Assembly (NCBI GenBank): GCA_902577425.1
Contig: CACGZD010000001.1
Coordinates: forward strand, 510,414 to 574,413
DNA length: 64,000 nt
Direction of reading: 5' to 3'
Source of the DNA: an uncultured Alphaproteobacteria bacterium
GTDB lineage: Bacteria; Pseudomonadota; Alphaproteobacteria; HIMB59; GCA-002718135
Shown here: piece by piece, positions 12,624-21,595 of the stretch
Layout of the letters: each line of letters starts with the position of its first letter
How positions within the stretch are numbered: position 1 is the first letter of the stretch
Position numbers and translations under genes: made by a program
The notes under the pieces: model-generated
The model's database searches: none
The model's input: only the letters and a program-made list of their open reading frames with translations
Told to the model about the DNA's origin: nothing

Positions 12624-14014
12624 TAGATACTTCTCCAAATAGTACCTTCAGAAGTGTCTTCAATTTCAACTCCTTTTTCTTTAAGTTTATTCCTAATTTC
12701 ATCTGCCATATCAAAATTTTTGTTGCGTCTAGCTTCATTACGATTTTTTATCAACCCCTCTATAGTATCTTGATCAATATTTTTTGATTGTCCATATCCA
12801 AGCCAATTATCTGGATTTTCCTGGAGAATACCAAATATTTTTCCTATTTCTAAAAGATTAAACTTAATTTTTTGTTTTGTTTTTAGATCAGCATTATTGA
12901 TACCATTAGTTAGCATGTTAAGCTCAGCAATAACTTTAGGAGTATTGAGGTCATCATAAAGTCCGGCTATAATTCCTTCTTCTATTTCATTGTTTTCCAC
13001 ATAGGCATCAATCTTTTCGAGGTCCTTTAAAGTTCTATACAATCTATCTAGCATGGTACTATTTTGCTTAATAATATCTCTTGTCCAATTGAGAGGTTGG
13101 CGGTAGTGAGCAGATAAAAGAGTCAATCTTAGTACTTCGCCCTTATATTCTTTTACTAAATCATGAACCAATTTAATATTGCCAATAGATTTAGACATTT
13201 TTTCTCCCTCTACATTTACAAAACCATTATGAAACCAATAATTTGAAAAGGATTTTAAGTTATCATTATTTTTATGAGCTGCACATGTTTGTGCAATCTC
13301 ATTTTCGTGATGAGGAAAAATTAAGTCAGCTCCTCCACTGTGTATATCAAATGGTAAACCCAAAGTTTTTTCTGACATTGCCGAACACTCTAAATGCCAA
13401 CCTGGTCTTCCAAGTCCCCATGGAGACTCCCACCCTGGTAAGGGAGTCGGACTTGGTTTCCATAATACAAAGTCTGTAGGATCTTTTTTATATGGCGCGA
13501 CTTCAACTCTGCTTCCAGTAATTTGTTCATCACGGTTACGGCCAGATAACATTCCATAGTTTTTAAATGATGGAACATGAAATAAAACATGACCATCTTT
13601 TTCATAAGCAAAATTATTTTCAATTAATTTTTTAATAAGATTAATCATCTCTTTAATATAATCAGTTGCTTTTGGCTGTATGTCAGGCTGTTTAACTCCT
13701 AAAATAGACATGTCTTCATTATAAATTTTAGTAAATTTTTCAGTCAATTCTTTTATAGGAACTTTATTTTCTTGAGATGCCGCAATTATTTTATCATCTA
13801 TATCTGTAATGTTAGAAACATAAGTAACTTTTGGATATATAGTTTTTAAAAAACGAATTAATAAATCATTTACTACTGCCATTCTGGCATTTCCAATATG
13901 GGCATAATTATAAACTGTAGGTCCACATGCATATACCCGAACATTTAAAGGGTCTATTGGCTTAAACTCCTCTAAAGTATTACCTAGGGTATTATGAATT
14001 TTAAGTGTTTTCAT
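12623..14014 (-). CDS. cysS: Cysteinyl-tRNA synthetase
   Basis: [31 protein letters not shown]. Confidence 0.97.
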   Translation of the reverse strand: MKTLKIHNTLGNTLEEFKPIDPLNVRVYACGPTVYNYAHIGNARMAVVNDLLIRFLKTIYPKVTYVSNITDIDDKIIAASQENKVPIKELTEKFTKIYNEDMSILGVKQPDIQPKATDYIKEMINLIKKLIENNFAYEKDGHVLFHVPSFKNYGMLSGRNRDEQITGSRVEVAPYKKDPTDFVLWKPSPTPLPGWESPWGLGRPGWHLECSAMSEKTLGLPFDIHSGGADLIFPHHENEIAQTCAAHKNNDNLKSFSNYWFHNGFVNVEGEKMSKSIGNIKLVHDLVKEYKGEVLRLTLLSAHYRQPLNWTRDIIKQNSTMLDRLYRTLKDLEKIDAYVENNEIEEGIIAGLYDDLNTPKVIAELNMLTNGINNADLKTKQKIKFNLLEIGKIFGILQENPDNWLGYGQSKNIDQDTIEGLIKNRNEARRNKNFDMADEIRNKLKEKGVEIEDTSEGTIWRSI

Positions 14015-14064
14015 AAAATTAAAAACCACCTTATATTATCCATAAAGGTGTTTTAAACTTTTAT

Positions 14065-14508
14065 TTAAAAAAAAGGATTATATGCCCATTGAAGTAAAGC
14101 TTGCCGCTGTTTTTTTCTACAACTAAAATATTTTTTTGGACAGTTTTTTTTAATTCCACCAATATGTCTTGGTCCAAAAGCTTTCCATCGCATTATTTGT
14201 ATTCTGTCAATCTCAGGAATTCTTCTACCAATTGAAAAACGGCAATACCATTGGAACCATCCTCTAGGATCTTCTTTCATTATCCACCCTTTGGATTCCC
14301 ATTCTTTTAAGCTTTGTCCAGACCTAATTTGAAAATAGTTTAAATTTACATCAAATGATTTACTGATTTTAGCTTTTTTAAACCATGACTCTGGAAATTC
14401 ATTAATTGTATTTCCTAAATATGAACCACCAAACACCCCATACTCCAGCATTTTTTTTGGACTTAATTCTGGTTTGAATTCAGCGTAAAAATCCTTTTGT
14501 TTCTTCAT
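14065..14508 (-). CDS. Conserved hypothetical protein
   Basis: Well-formed ORF with motif-like segments PELSPKKMLEYGVFGG, GWFQWYCRF, RWKAF, CRKKQRQALLQWAY; no function assignable. Confidence 0.7.
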   Translation of the reverse strand: MKKQKDFYAEFKPELSPKKMLEYGVFGGSYLGNTINEFPESWFKKAKISKSFDVNLNYFQIRSGQSLKEWESKGWIMKEDPRGWFQWYCRFSIGRRIPEIDRIQIMRWKAFGPRHIGGIKKNCPKKYFSCRKKQRQALLQWAYNPFF

Positions 14509-14525
14509 ATAAGAAAACTTAATAA

Positions 14526-15347
14526 TTAATTAATAAAAAAATCTTTTGGCTGTTTTGAGATTTGAATGATATTTTTCTTTAATTTTTTTAAGGCAGCTGA
14601 TTCTATTTGTCTTACTCTTTCCTTGCTAATATTTAATTTTTTTCCAATCAGATCAAGTGTTGTTTTTTTATCACTTAAATTTCTTGAAAGAATTATTTCT
14701 TTTTCTCTAGTATTTAACAGTTCAATAGATTTTGCTAACCATTCATTTTTCAATTTATTATCATTATTTTTTTCCACCACTTCATCAGGTGTAAGTGAAT
14801 TAGCTTTTAATATAGATAATAAATCTGGACCATCTTCATTGTCTATGGTTTTATTTAAAGATAGATCTCCTAATGCAAGTTTATTTTCCATATGTTGAAC
14901 TTGTAAAGGTTTTACATTTAAAAAATTAGATATTTTTTCTACTTCTTCATGGCCCATGAAATTGTGGGAGTCAAAATTAATTTGTTTTTTTAATTTATTT
15001 AAACCAAAGAATAATGTTTTTTGTGCAGCATTATTTCCATTTTTTACGATTGACCAATTTTTTAGAATATAGTTTTGAATTGTTGCTCTTATCCACCACT
15101 GAGAGTAAGTTGATAATCTAAAACCTTTTGATAAATCAAATTTTTCTAATGCATGCATAAAACCTATTGTGCCTTCTTGAACTAAATCTAAGTGACTTAA
15201 CCCATAGGAAGAATATTTTTTTGCTATTGAATTTATTAATTTATTGTAGGCACCTATTAGTCTTAATAAAGAATTTTGATCATTATTATTTTGCCAATTT
15301 GAAATTAGCTCAAATTCTTCTTTTTTTTCTAAAGATTTTTGATTCAT
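14526..15347 (-). CDS. rpoH: RNA polymerase sigma-32 family factor, RpoH2-like
   Basis: DLVQEGTIG, GFRLSTYSQWWIRA, NWSIVK..QKTLFF (RpoH box variant), ISKERVRQIE; likely start MNQKS at 15347. Confidence 0.85.
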   Translation of the reverse strand: MNQKSLEKKEEFELISNWQNNNDQNSLLRLIGAYNKLINSIAKKYSSYGLSHLDLVQEGTIGFMHALEKFDLSKGFRLSTYSQWWIRATIQNYILKNWSIVKNGNNAAQKTLFFGLNKLKKQINFDSHNFMGHEEVEKISNFLNVKPLQVQHMENKLALGDLSLNKTIDNEDGPDLLSILKANSLTPDEVVEKNNDNKLKNEWLAKSIELLNTREKEIILSRNLSDKKTTLDLIGKKLNISKERVRQIESAALKKLKKNIIQISKQPKDFFIN

Positions 15348-15380
15348 AATTAATTTCTCATCTAATATTATTTTTATATG

Positions 15381-15399
15381 CATTAGAATGATTCTAATG
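15381..15399. promoter_or_regulatory. ICE-like palindrome between rpoH2 and proteorhodopsin
   Basis: CATTAGAA-TGA-TTCTAATG, perfect 8-3-8 inverted repeat sharing the TTAGAA-N3-TTCTA core of the other ICE sites. Confidence 0.5.
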
Positions 15400-15492
15400 T
15401 ATTTGCCATTAAAAAGGTTATTATGTGACAATTTGGCAATAACTGTCATTATTTTTAATAGTAATTTTAAATAATATAATTTTTTTACATAC

Positions 15493-15520
15493 CTTGCTAT
15501 TTGTTAATTTCGCCCTAATT
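15493..15520 (+). promoter_or_regulatory. Possible sigma32-type promoter for proteorhodopsin
   Basis: CTTGCT-N15-CCTAATT, same spacing as the ibpA promoter CTTGAA-N15-CCCACAT. Confidence 0.3.
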
Positions 15521-15549
15521 AGAATTCTAAACAAATTTTTATAAAACTT

Positions 15550-16269
15550 ATGGAATATTTTTTACAATCGACGGATTATGTAGGGGTATCATTTTGGCTT
15601 GTTTCCGTAGCAATGGTAGCTGCTACTGTTTTCTTTTTATATGAAGGTATGCATGTAAAAGAATCATGGAGAGTCTCTATGCTGTTAATGGGATTAGTGA
15701 CATTAATAGCAGGAATTCACTATTACTATATGAGAGATTATTGGATAGCTTCTCAAGAGTCACCCATAGTCTATCGATATATAGATTGGCTTCTTACTGT
15801 GCCACTTCAAATGATTGAATTTTATCTTATTTTAGTTGCTGCAGGCTTGGCGGCAAGATCAGGTATATTTTGGAGATTATTAGTTGGTACTTTAGTGATG
15901 CTTCTTGGTGGATATGCAGGAGAAAATAATTGGATTCACCCAACATTAGGTTTTGTTATTGGTATGCTTGGATGGATTTATATTGTGTATGAAATATTTA
16001 GAGGAGAATCAAGTGTCATTGCGAGCAAAAAAGATTCAATTAAAAAAGCATTTAGAGCCCTTGGATTAATAATTGTTTTCGGCTGGGCTATCTACCCTAT
16101 TGGATATATTTTTGGATTATTAAGTCCAATGATAGGCATGGGTACAGTCAATATAAATTTTTTAAATGTTACCTACAATTTAGCAGATTTTGTTAATAAA
16201 ATATTATTTGGATTAATAATATGGGACGTGGCTAGAAAAGATTCTTCTAAAGATTTGAAAGATGTCTAA
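15550..16269 (+). CDS. Proteorhodopsin, blue-absorbing type, no signal peptide
   Basis: RYIDWLLTVPLQMIEF (D-T-E pump motif, Gln at the tuning site), IAGIHY His, ADFVNK retinal lysine, seven hydrophobic segments. Confidence 0.95.
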   Translation: MEYFLQSTDYVGVSFWLVSVAMVAATVFFLYEGMHVKESWRVSMLLMGLVTLIAGIHYYYMRDYWIASQESPIVYRYIDWLLTVPLQMIEFYLILVAAGLAARSGIFWRLLVGTLVMLLGGYAGENNWIHPTLGFVIGMLGWIYIVYEIFRGESSVIASKKDSIKKAFRALGLIIVFGWAIYPIGYIFGLLSPMIGMGTVNINFLNVTYNLADFVNKILFGLIIWDVARKDSSKDLKDV

Positions 16270-16987
16270 AAAGAAAATAATAGTAATTGGTGGGTCAGGC
16301 TCAATAGGATCTGCCATAGCACGAGATTGTATAAATGATGGTTTTGATGTTTGTCTTATAGGCAGAAATTATGCATCATTAGAAAAAGTATCAAAAGAAC
16401 TTAATTGTACTTTTGAAAAAGCAGACGTTACTCAGAATGAAGAATTAAAAAAAGCTATTAGTAATTGTGGAGAAAATATTTATGGACTGGCCTACTGCGT
16501 TGGTTCAATAAATATGAAGACTTTATCTTCTGCTCATGAAAATGATTATATAGATAGTTTTAAAATTAATGTTCTTGGAGCTATTACAGCTATTCAACAT
16601 ACTAAAGATCTGATTCTAAACAACAAAGGATCAATATTATTGTTTTCTTCTGTAGCTGCTCAGCAAGGTTTTATTAATCATACCGTGATATCTACTGCAA
16701 AAGCTGCCGTTGAAGGTTTAACTGTTTCATTAGCTGCAGAATTATCTCCTAAAGTGAGAGTAAATTGTATTGCTCCCAGCTTAACAGAATCAGGCATGTC
16801 TGAATCAATTCTATCTAATGAAAATATGAAGAATGCTATAGCTTCTTTACATGCTATACCAAAAATTGGCCAACCTAATGATCATAGTAAGCTCGCAACT
16901 TTTCTGCTTGGAGAAAAGAATTCATGGATAACGGGGCAAATATTTCATGTTGACGGAGGTCGATCTACCGTTAGAAAAAAAGGGTAG
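16262..16987 (+). CDS. Atypical short-chain dehydrogenase/reductase
   Basis: GGSGSIG Rossmann motif, RVNCIAPSLT, VDGG; catalytic YxxxK appears as ISTAK. Confidence 0.85.
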   Translation: MSKKKIIVIGGSGSIGSAIARDCINDGFDVCLIGRNYASLEKVSKELNCTFEKADVTQNEELKKAISNCGENIYGLAYCVGSINMKTLSSAHENDYIDSFKINVLGAITAIQHTKDLILNNKGSILLFSSVAAQQGFINHTVISTAKAAVEGLTVSLAAELSPKVRVNCIAPSLTESGMSESILSNENMKNAIASLHAIPKIGQPNDHSKLATFLLGEKNSWITGQIFHVDGGRSTVRKKG

Positions 16988-16990
16988 TCT

Positions 16991-17395
16991 TTAGTAATTT
17001 AGTTCAATTGTAATTGGCTCACCATGAATAAGATTAATAGAAGCTTTAGAAAATTTTGGTGGACCTTTAGGTTGGTAGTTGTTGCTAAAAGCAAAGCCTT
17101 CTTTAGGCCTCCAAAAAAGTCCAGTTTTTAGCTCATTATTTGAATCTTCATCATGATAAACTACTACTGCTATCTTTCCTTCGTGTATTTTTGTTAAGGG
17201 AATTATGGTTTGTCCTTTAACAGCTTTTTTTCTTACAGATTCAATAGCAAGATCTTCTTTTAAAAAATTTTCTTTATTATTATAAATCTTAAGGTCTATA
17301 TATCCTTCATCATGTTCAACATTTGTAATAATTATTGTTCCATGAGCATATACTGTAGTAGGTAAAATAAATAAAAAGAGTATTAACAAGCGCAC
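16991..17395 (-). CDS. DUF2141 family exported protein
   Basis: VVYHDEDSNNEL, PKEGFAFSNN, GPPKF; GTG start at 17395 gives a signal peptide and removes overlap with pabB. Confidence 0.75.
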   Translation of the reverse strand: MRLLILFLFILPTTVYAHGTIIITNVEHDEGYIDLKIYNNKENFLKEDLAIESVRKKAVKGQTIIPLTKIHEGKIAVVVYHDEDSNNELKTGLFWRPKEGFAFSNNYQPKGPPKFSKASINLIHGEPITIELNY

Positions 17396-17438
17396 AAAAA
17401 ACCTTTTCTTATTAAATTCTAAGATATAATACTTAACT

Positions 17439-18668
17439 TTGTTAAATAATAAAGAATATTTAGAGCGTCTTTTTGACTCCGATAAGCCCATAATTATATA
17501 CAGGGTTACAAACGGATTTGATGTATACACTGATTTTTCAAAAAAAATTAAACTGACTAAAAAAAATGCAAAACAGTTTTTTGAAAAAGAGGTAAGAAAA
17601 AAAAATTCTAAAAATAAATTTTTTGATGGTTATGTTGGTTTTTTAAGTTTTGAACTTCAGTGTAAGTTAATAAATGTTAATCTACCCAAACAAAAAACAA
17701 ATGGTTTTAATGACAGTTTTTTTTATAAACCAGATACACTAATTAAAATTAGAAAAGATATACAAGTTTTTAAGACCACAATTTATAGTACGATTAGTAA
17801 AGCAGAAAGGGAGAAAAAAATTTCCATTTCTAAAAAAAAATTTTTTTATGATAAAAATTTTGATGTAAATATTTCTTTAGAAAAATATACAAAATTATTT
17901 AACCATTTTTCAAAAAAAATTCGTGAAGGTAAAACTTATCAAATAAAAATTTGTCAAAAATATAGAAATAAATCAAATATTGATGCGGTTCAATTTTTTT
18001 GGAAGCTAATGAAAGTCAATACTTCACCTGAGTCATTTATGATTAGAGATAATAATTTTTCAATTATTAGCTGTTCTCCAGAAACGCTAATTGATAAAAA
18101 GAAAAATATAATTATCACTAAACCAATTGCAGGAACTTTAAGAAAAAATAAAAATACATCACTTAGATTTGCAAAGAAATTTTTTGCTAAAAATTTAAAA
18201 GAAAGCAAAGAACACAATATGATTGTGGATATGGAAAGAAATGATTTATCAAGAATTTGTAAAGTCGGAAGCGTCAAGATCAAAGATTTAAAATCTGTTG
18301 AGGAATATAAGGATTTATACCATTATGTAACCACTATTAAGGGAATTTTAAAAAACAAAATTTCATCATTTGATATTATAAAAGCAATGATGCCTGGTGG
18401 TTCAGTTATAGGCTGTCCTAAAATAAGTACTTTAAATTTATTAAATTTTCAGGAAAAAGATAGTCGCAATATCTATACGGGAAGTTTTGGCTATATTAAA
18501 TCTAATGGAGATATGAGATTTAATATAATTATTAGATCTCTTTTAAATTATAAAAATATATCAGAAATTGCTGTAGCAAGTGGTGTAATATTAGGTAGCA
18601 CTGCAATTAAAGAATATAATGAAAACTTTATAAAAGCTAAGTCCTTATTGGATATTTTTAAATCATGA
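17439..18668 (+). CDS. pabB: Aminodeoxychorismate synthase component I
   Basis: Chorismate-binding domain: SCSPE, KPIAGT, KEHNMIVDMERNDL, MPGGSVIGCPK, YTGSFG; in folate operon. Confidence 0.85.
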   Translation: MLNNKEYLERLFDSDKPIIIYRVTNGFDVYTDFSKKIKLTKKNAKQFFEKEVRKKNSKNKFFDGYVGFLSFELQCKLINVNLPKQKTNGFNDSFFYKPDTLIKIRKDIQVFKTTIYSTISKAEREKKISISKKKFFYDKNFDVNISLEKYTKLFNHFSKKIREGKTYQIKICQKYRNKSNIDAVQFFWKLMKVNTSPESFMIRDNNFSIISCSPETLIDKKKNIIITKPIAGTLRKNKNTSLRFAKKFFAKNLKESKEHNMIVDMERNDLSRICKVGSVKIKDLKSVEEYKDLYHYVTTIKGILKNKISSFDIIKAMMPGGSVIGCPKISTLNLLNFQEKDSRNIYTGSFGYIKSNGDMRFNIIIRSLLNYKNISEIAVASGVILGSTAIKEYNENFIKAKSLLDIFKS

Positions 18669-19222
18669 TTTACATTATAGATCACGAAGATTCATTTACA
18701 TTTAATTTGGCTCATCTACTTGGCGCTTATGATACTGTTCAAGTATCTAATTTTTATGAAATCAATAAATCACAATTAAAAAAAGCTGATATGATTGTTT
18801 TGTCTCCAGGGCCTGGGGAACCTAAAAATTATCCAACAACAACAAAAATATATCATGAATATAAAGGAAAGAAAAAAATTCTTGGAATTTGTTTAGGATT
18901 CCAACAAATATTATTTGCAGAGGGTGGTCAAATTGTACAACAAAAAAATATTTATCATGGCTACCAATCTACAATTAATGTTTTACCAAGAAGTTATTTA
19001 TATAAACATTATAAAAAATTATCAGTTGGAAGATATCATTCATTAAAACTAAAAGAACCTTTTCAATCTTCTTCAATAAATATAACAATGCGATGTCAAA
19101 AAACTAATATAGCTATGGCCCTGGAGGATAAAAAAAATAAGATATTTGGATTTCAATTTCATCCTGATTCTTTTTTAACAAAAAATGGAAAAAACATTAT
19201 ACAAAAAATCTTATCAGCTTAA
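18665..19222 (+). CDS. pabA: Glutamine amidotransferase component II
   Basis: DHEDSFT, LSPGPGEP, GICLGFQ, GRYHSL, FQFHPDS. Confidence 0.85.
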   Translation: MIYIIDHEDSFTFNLAHLLGAYDTVQVSNFYEINKSQLKKADMIVLSPGPGEPKNYPTTTKIYHEYKGKKKILGICLGFQQILFAEGGQIVQQKNIYHGYQSTINVLPRSYLYKHYKKLSVGRYHSLKLKEPFQSSSINITMRCQKTNIAMALEDKKNKIFGFQFHPDSFLTKNGKNIIQKILSA

Positions 19223-19937
19223 TTCTTTCGCACCTAAAAGATATGATGATCTTTTGGGTAAGAGGGGTATTTTTTCCACTATTAGAGTTATAGGAAAAAA
19301 ACCTAAATTCATTTTAATAGATTATCATATAAAAAATATGAATATAGCTTTGAAAAAAATGAACATTAATTTTTATATTTCTGAAAAACTGATTTTAGAT
19401 TTTTTGCAACCTGCATTTAATAAATTAAATAATAAAGATAGTTTATTAAGAGTGGCTATTAATTCAAATACAATTTCTTTATCTTTAAGAACTAGACCAA
19501 AATACTATAAAGATTTTATCGGTGTATTTTCTTTTTATAAACGTCCAATACCTCATGTAAAAAATTTATATTATAAAAAGGTCATGAAGCTTATCAATTC
19601 AATTTATCTTAGGAAACAAGAGATAATTTTATGTAATAGAGGCCTTATATTAGAAGGATGTACAACAAATGTTATATGCATAAAGAATAAAAAAATCTAT
19701 ATTCCTAAAGAACACTATTATAAAGGATGTACTATTAGTTACCTATTAAAAACTACTAAACGCCAAATACAAAAATCAAATATTGCTATTAATAACCTAA
19801 ACAAATATGAAGAAATTTTGTTAGTAGGGTCAGGAAAAGGAGTTGTTAGTTTATCTGCAATACCTGAAATAAATTGGAAATCTAAATCTACTTTAATTTA
19901 TAAAGAATTTATGAATTTATATAAAAAAATATTATGA
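19185..19937 (+). CDS. pabC: Aminodeoxychorismate lyase-like PLP class IV enzyme
   Basis: GIFSTIR, HVKNL lysine, LEGCTTN, YKGCT; position between pabA and folP. Confidence 0.7.
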   Translation: MEKTLYKKSYQLNSFAPKRYDDLLGKRGIFSTIRVIGKKPKFILIDYHIKNMNIALKKMNINFYISEKLILDFLQPAFNKLNNKDSLLRVAINSNTISLSLRTRPKYYKDFIGVFSFYKRPIPHVKNLYYKKVMKLINSIYLRKQEIILCNRGLILEGCTTNVICIKNKKIYIPKEHYYKGCTISYLLKTTKRQIQKSNIAINNLNKYEEILLVGSGKGVVSLSAIPEINWKSKSTLIYKEFMNLYKKIL

Positions 19938-20764
19938 AAACCATGATTTTAAATAAAAATAAATTTAATTTTCAATCTCCTCTAATTATGGGAATATGTA
20001 ATGTAACAAAAGATTCTTTTAGTGATGGGGGAAAAAATTACAAAACATCAGATGCATTAACAAATATAAAAAAAATGTGGAAGAATGGAGCATCTATTAT
20101 AGATATTGGCGCAGAAAGCACGAGACCAGGAAGTGAGCCTATAACATATAAAAAAGAAATTAAAAAACTAGAACCTATTTTAAAAAAACTACCTAAAAAT
20201 AAATTTATTATTTCCATAGATAGTAATAAAATAGAAACACAAGAATTTGTCTTACAACAAGGTGTTCATATAATTAATGACATATATGCAGGAAATGAAG
20301 ATTTATTTTATTTATCAAAAAAATATAAAAATGGTTTAATATTAATGCATACACCGGCTCCTCCAAAGTCTATGCAGTTAATGACAGGAAGTTACAAAAA
20401 TATAATTAATGATATTAGAAAATTTTTTTTATCTAAATCAAAATTATTAAAAAAATATAAAATTCCTCAATCTAAAGTTTATTTTGATCCAGGAATAGGT
20501 TTTGGAAAAAATCTTTATCAAAACTTAGACATCATAAAAAATATTAATAAATTTAAGATCGAAAAATATGGTTTGTTAGTTGGTACATCAAGGAAGAGCT
20601 GGATAAGTAAAATTGATAATTCTCTAATAAACCAAAGGTTGGGAGGCTCAATTGCATCAGTTATATATTGTCTTGAAAAAGGAGTTGATATATTTCGAGT
20701 ACACGATGTTCAAGAAACCAAACAGGCAATCAATATATATAAAAAAATTTTATGTTTGAAGTAG
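19934..20764 (+). CDS. folP: Dihydropteroate synthase
   Basis: MGICNVTKDSFSDGG, DIGAESTRPG, FDPGIGFGK, GTSRKSW, RVHDV. Confidence 0.95.
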   Translation: MKTMILNKNKFNFQSPLIMGICNVTKDSFSDGGKNYKTSDALTNIKKMWKNGASIIDIGAESTRPGSEPITYKKEIKKLEPILKKLPKNKFIISIDSNKIETQEFVLQQGVHIINDIYAGNEDLFYLSKKYKNGLILMHTPAPPKSMQLMTGSYKNIINDIRKFFLSKSKLLKKYKIPQSKVYFDPGIGFGKNLYQNLDIIKNINKFKIEKYGLLVGTSRKSWISKIDNSLINQRLGGSIASVIYCLEKGVDIFRVHDVQETKQAINIYKKILCLK

Positions 20765-21096
20765 AAATAAAAAACTTAAAAACTAAAGCAAAAATAGGAA
20801 TTAGCTCTAAGGAGAGAACAAAATTTCAAACATTGCTAATTACTTGTCGTTTTAAATATTCAATAATTAAAAAAGAAAAAATTGATGACATTAAATATCT
20901 AAAAGATTATTCTTCTATAGTTAGGTTTTTAAAAGAATTTGTCCAAAAATCTAAATATAAAAGCATAGAACGATTAACTTTTGAATGTATTAATATTTTA
21001 GAAAAGAAATATAAATTAAAAAAAGTATTTATAAAAGTTAACAAGGTTGAAGTGGCAAAACGATATGGATGTGAGTCAATAAGTGTGTCAAAATAA
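20752..21096 (+). CDS. folB: Dihydroneopterin aldolase
   Basis: IGISSKER..Q, DYSSIV, KSIERL, VKVNK; size and position. Confidence 0.75.
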   Translation: MFEVEIKNLKTKAKIGISSKERTKFQTLLITCRFKYSIIKKEKIDDIKYLKDYSSIVRFLKEFVQKSKYKSIERLTFECINILEKKYKLKKVFIKVNKVEVAKRYGCESISVSK

Positions 21097-21595
21097 GGTT
21101 TTTCTAGCACTTGGCTCAAATGTAGGAAATTGGAAAGTTAATTTTAATTCTTGTTTAAATGAATTAAAAAAAATTTCCAAACTAAAAGCTATTGCAAATA
21201 TTTATGTATCAAAACCTTATGGCTATAAAAAACAAAATGATTTTTACAATACCGTTGTTGCAGTTAAAACACGCAATAGTCCATTTCAATTAATGAACCA
21301 AATTAAAATAATTGAAAAAAAACTACACAAAAATAAAATATTGATCAATGGACCCAGGCGAATAGATATTGATATTATCTTTTTTAATTCATTAAATATT
21401 TCTTATAAAAACTTAATTATTCCGCACCCAAGAGTTAGTGAAAGAGATTTCGTTTTATTACCCTTGTTTGATATTGATCCTTTTTTTAAACATCCACAAT
21501 CTAAAAAATCTATAAAAGCATTAACAGCTGAACTCCAAACAACTTATATCAAAAAAAGCATTAAGCAGCCGAAAGAGATGTTTGTAATTCATTAA
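21083..21595 (+). CDS. folK: HPPK (6-hydroxymethyldihydropterin pyrophosphokinase)
   Basis: LALGSNVG, QNDFYNTV, GPRRIDIDII, LIIPHPR, RDFVLLPL. Confidence 0.93.
   Translation: MCQNKVFLALGSNVGNWKVNFNSCLNELKKISKLKAIANIYVSKPYGYKKQNDFYNTVVAVKTRNSPFQLMNQIKIIEKKLHKNKILINGPRRIDIDIIFFNSLNISYKNLIIPHPRVSERDFVLLPLFDIDPFFKHPQSKKSIKALTAELQTTYIKKSIKQPKEMFVIH

Noticed and set aside
15348-15449. N-terminal extension of rpoH in the ORF track
   Set aside because: Sigma homology starts near MNQKS (15347); extension is AT-rich promoter DNA containing a palindrome.
16262-16987. SDR as FolM/PTR1-type dihydrofolate reductase for the folate operon
   Set aside because: Lacks the Arg in the GxxxRIG motif and the catalytic Tyr of pteridine reductases.
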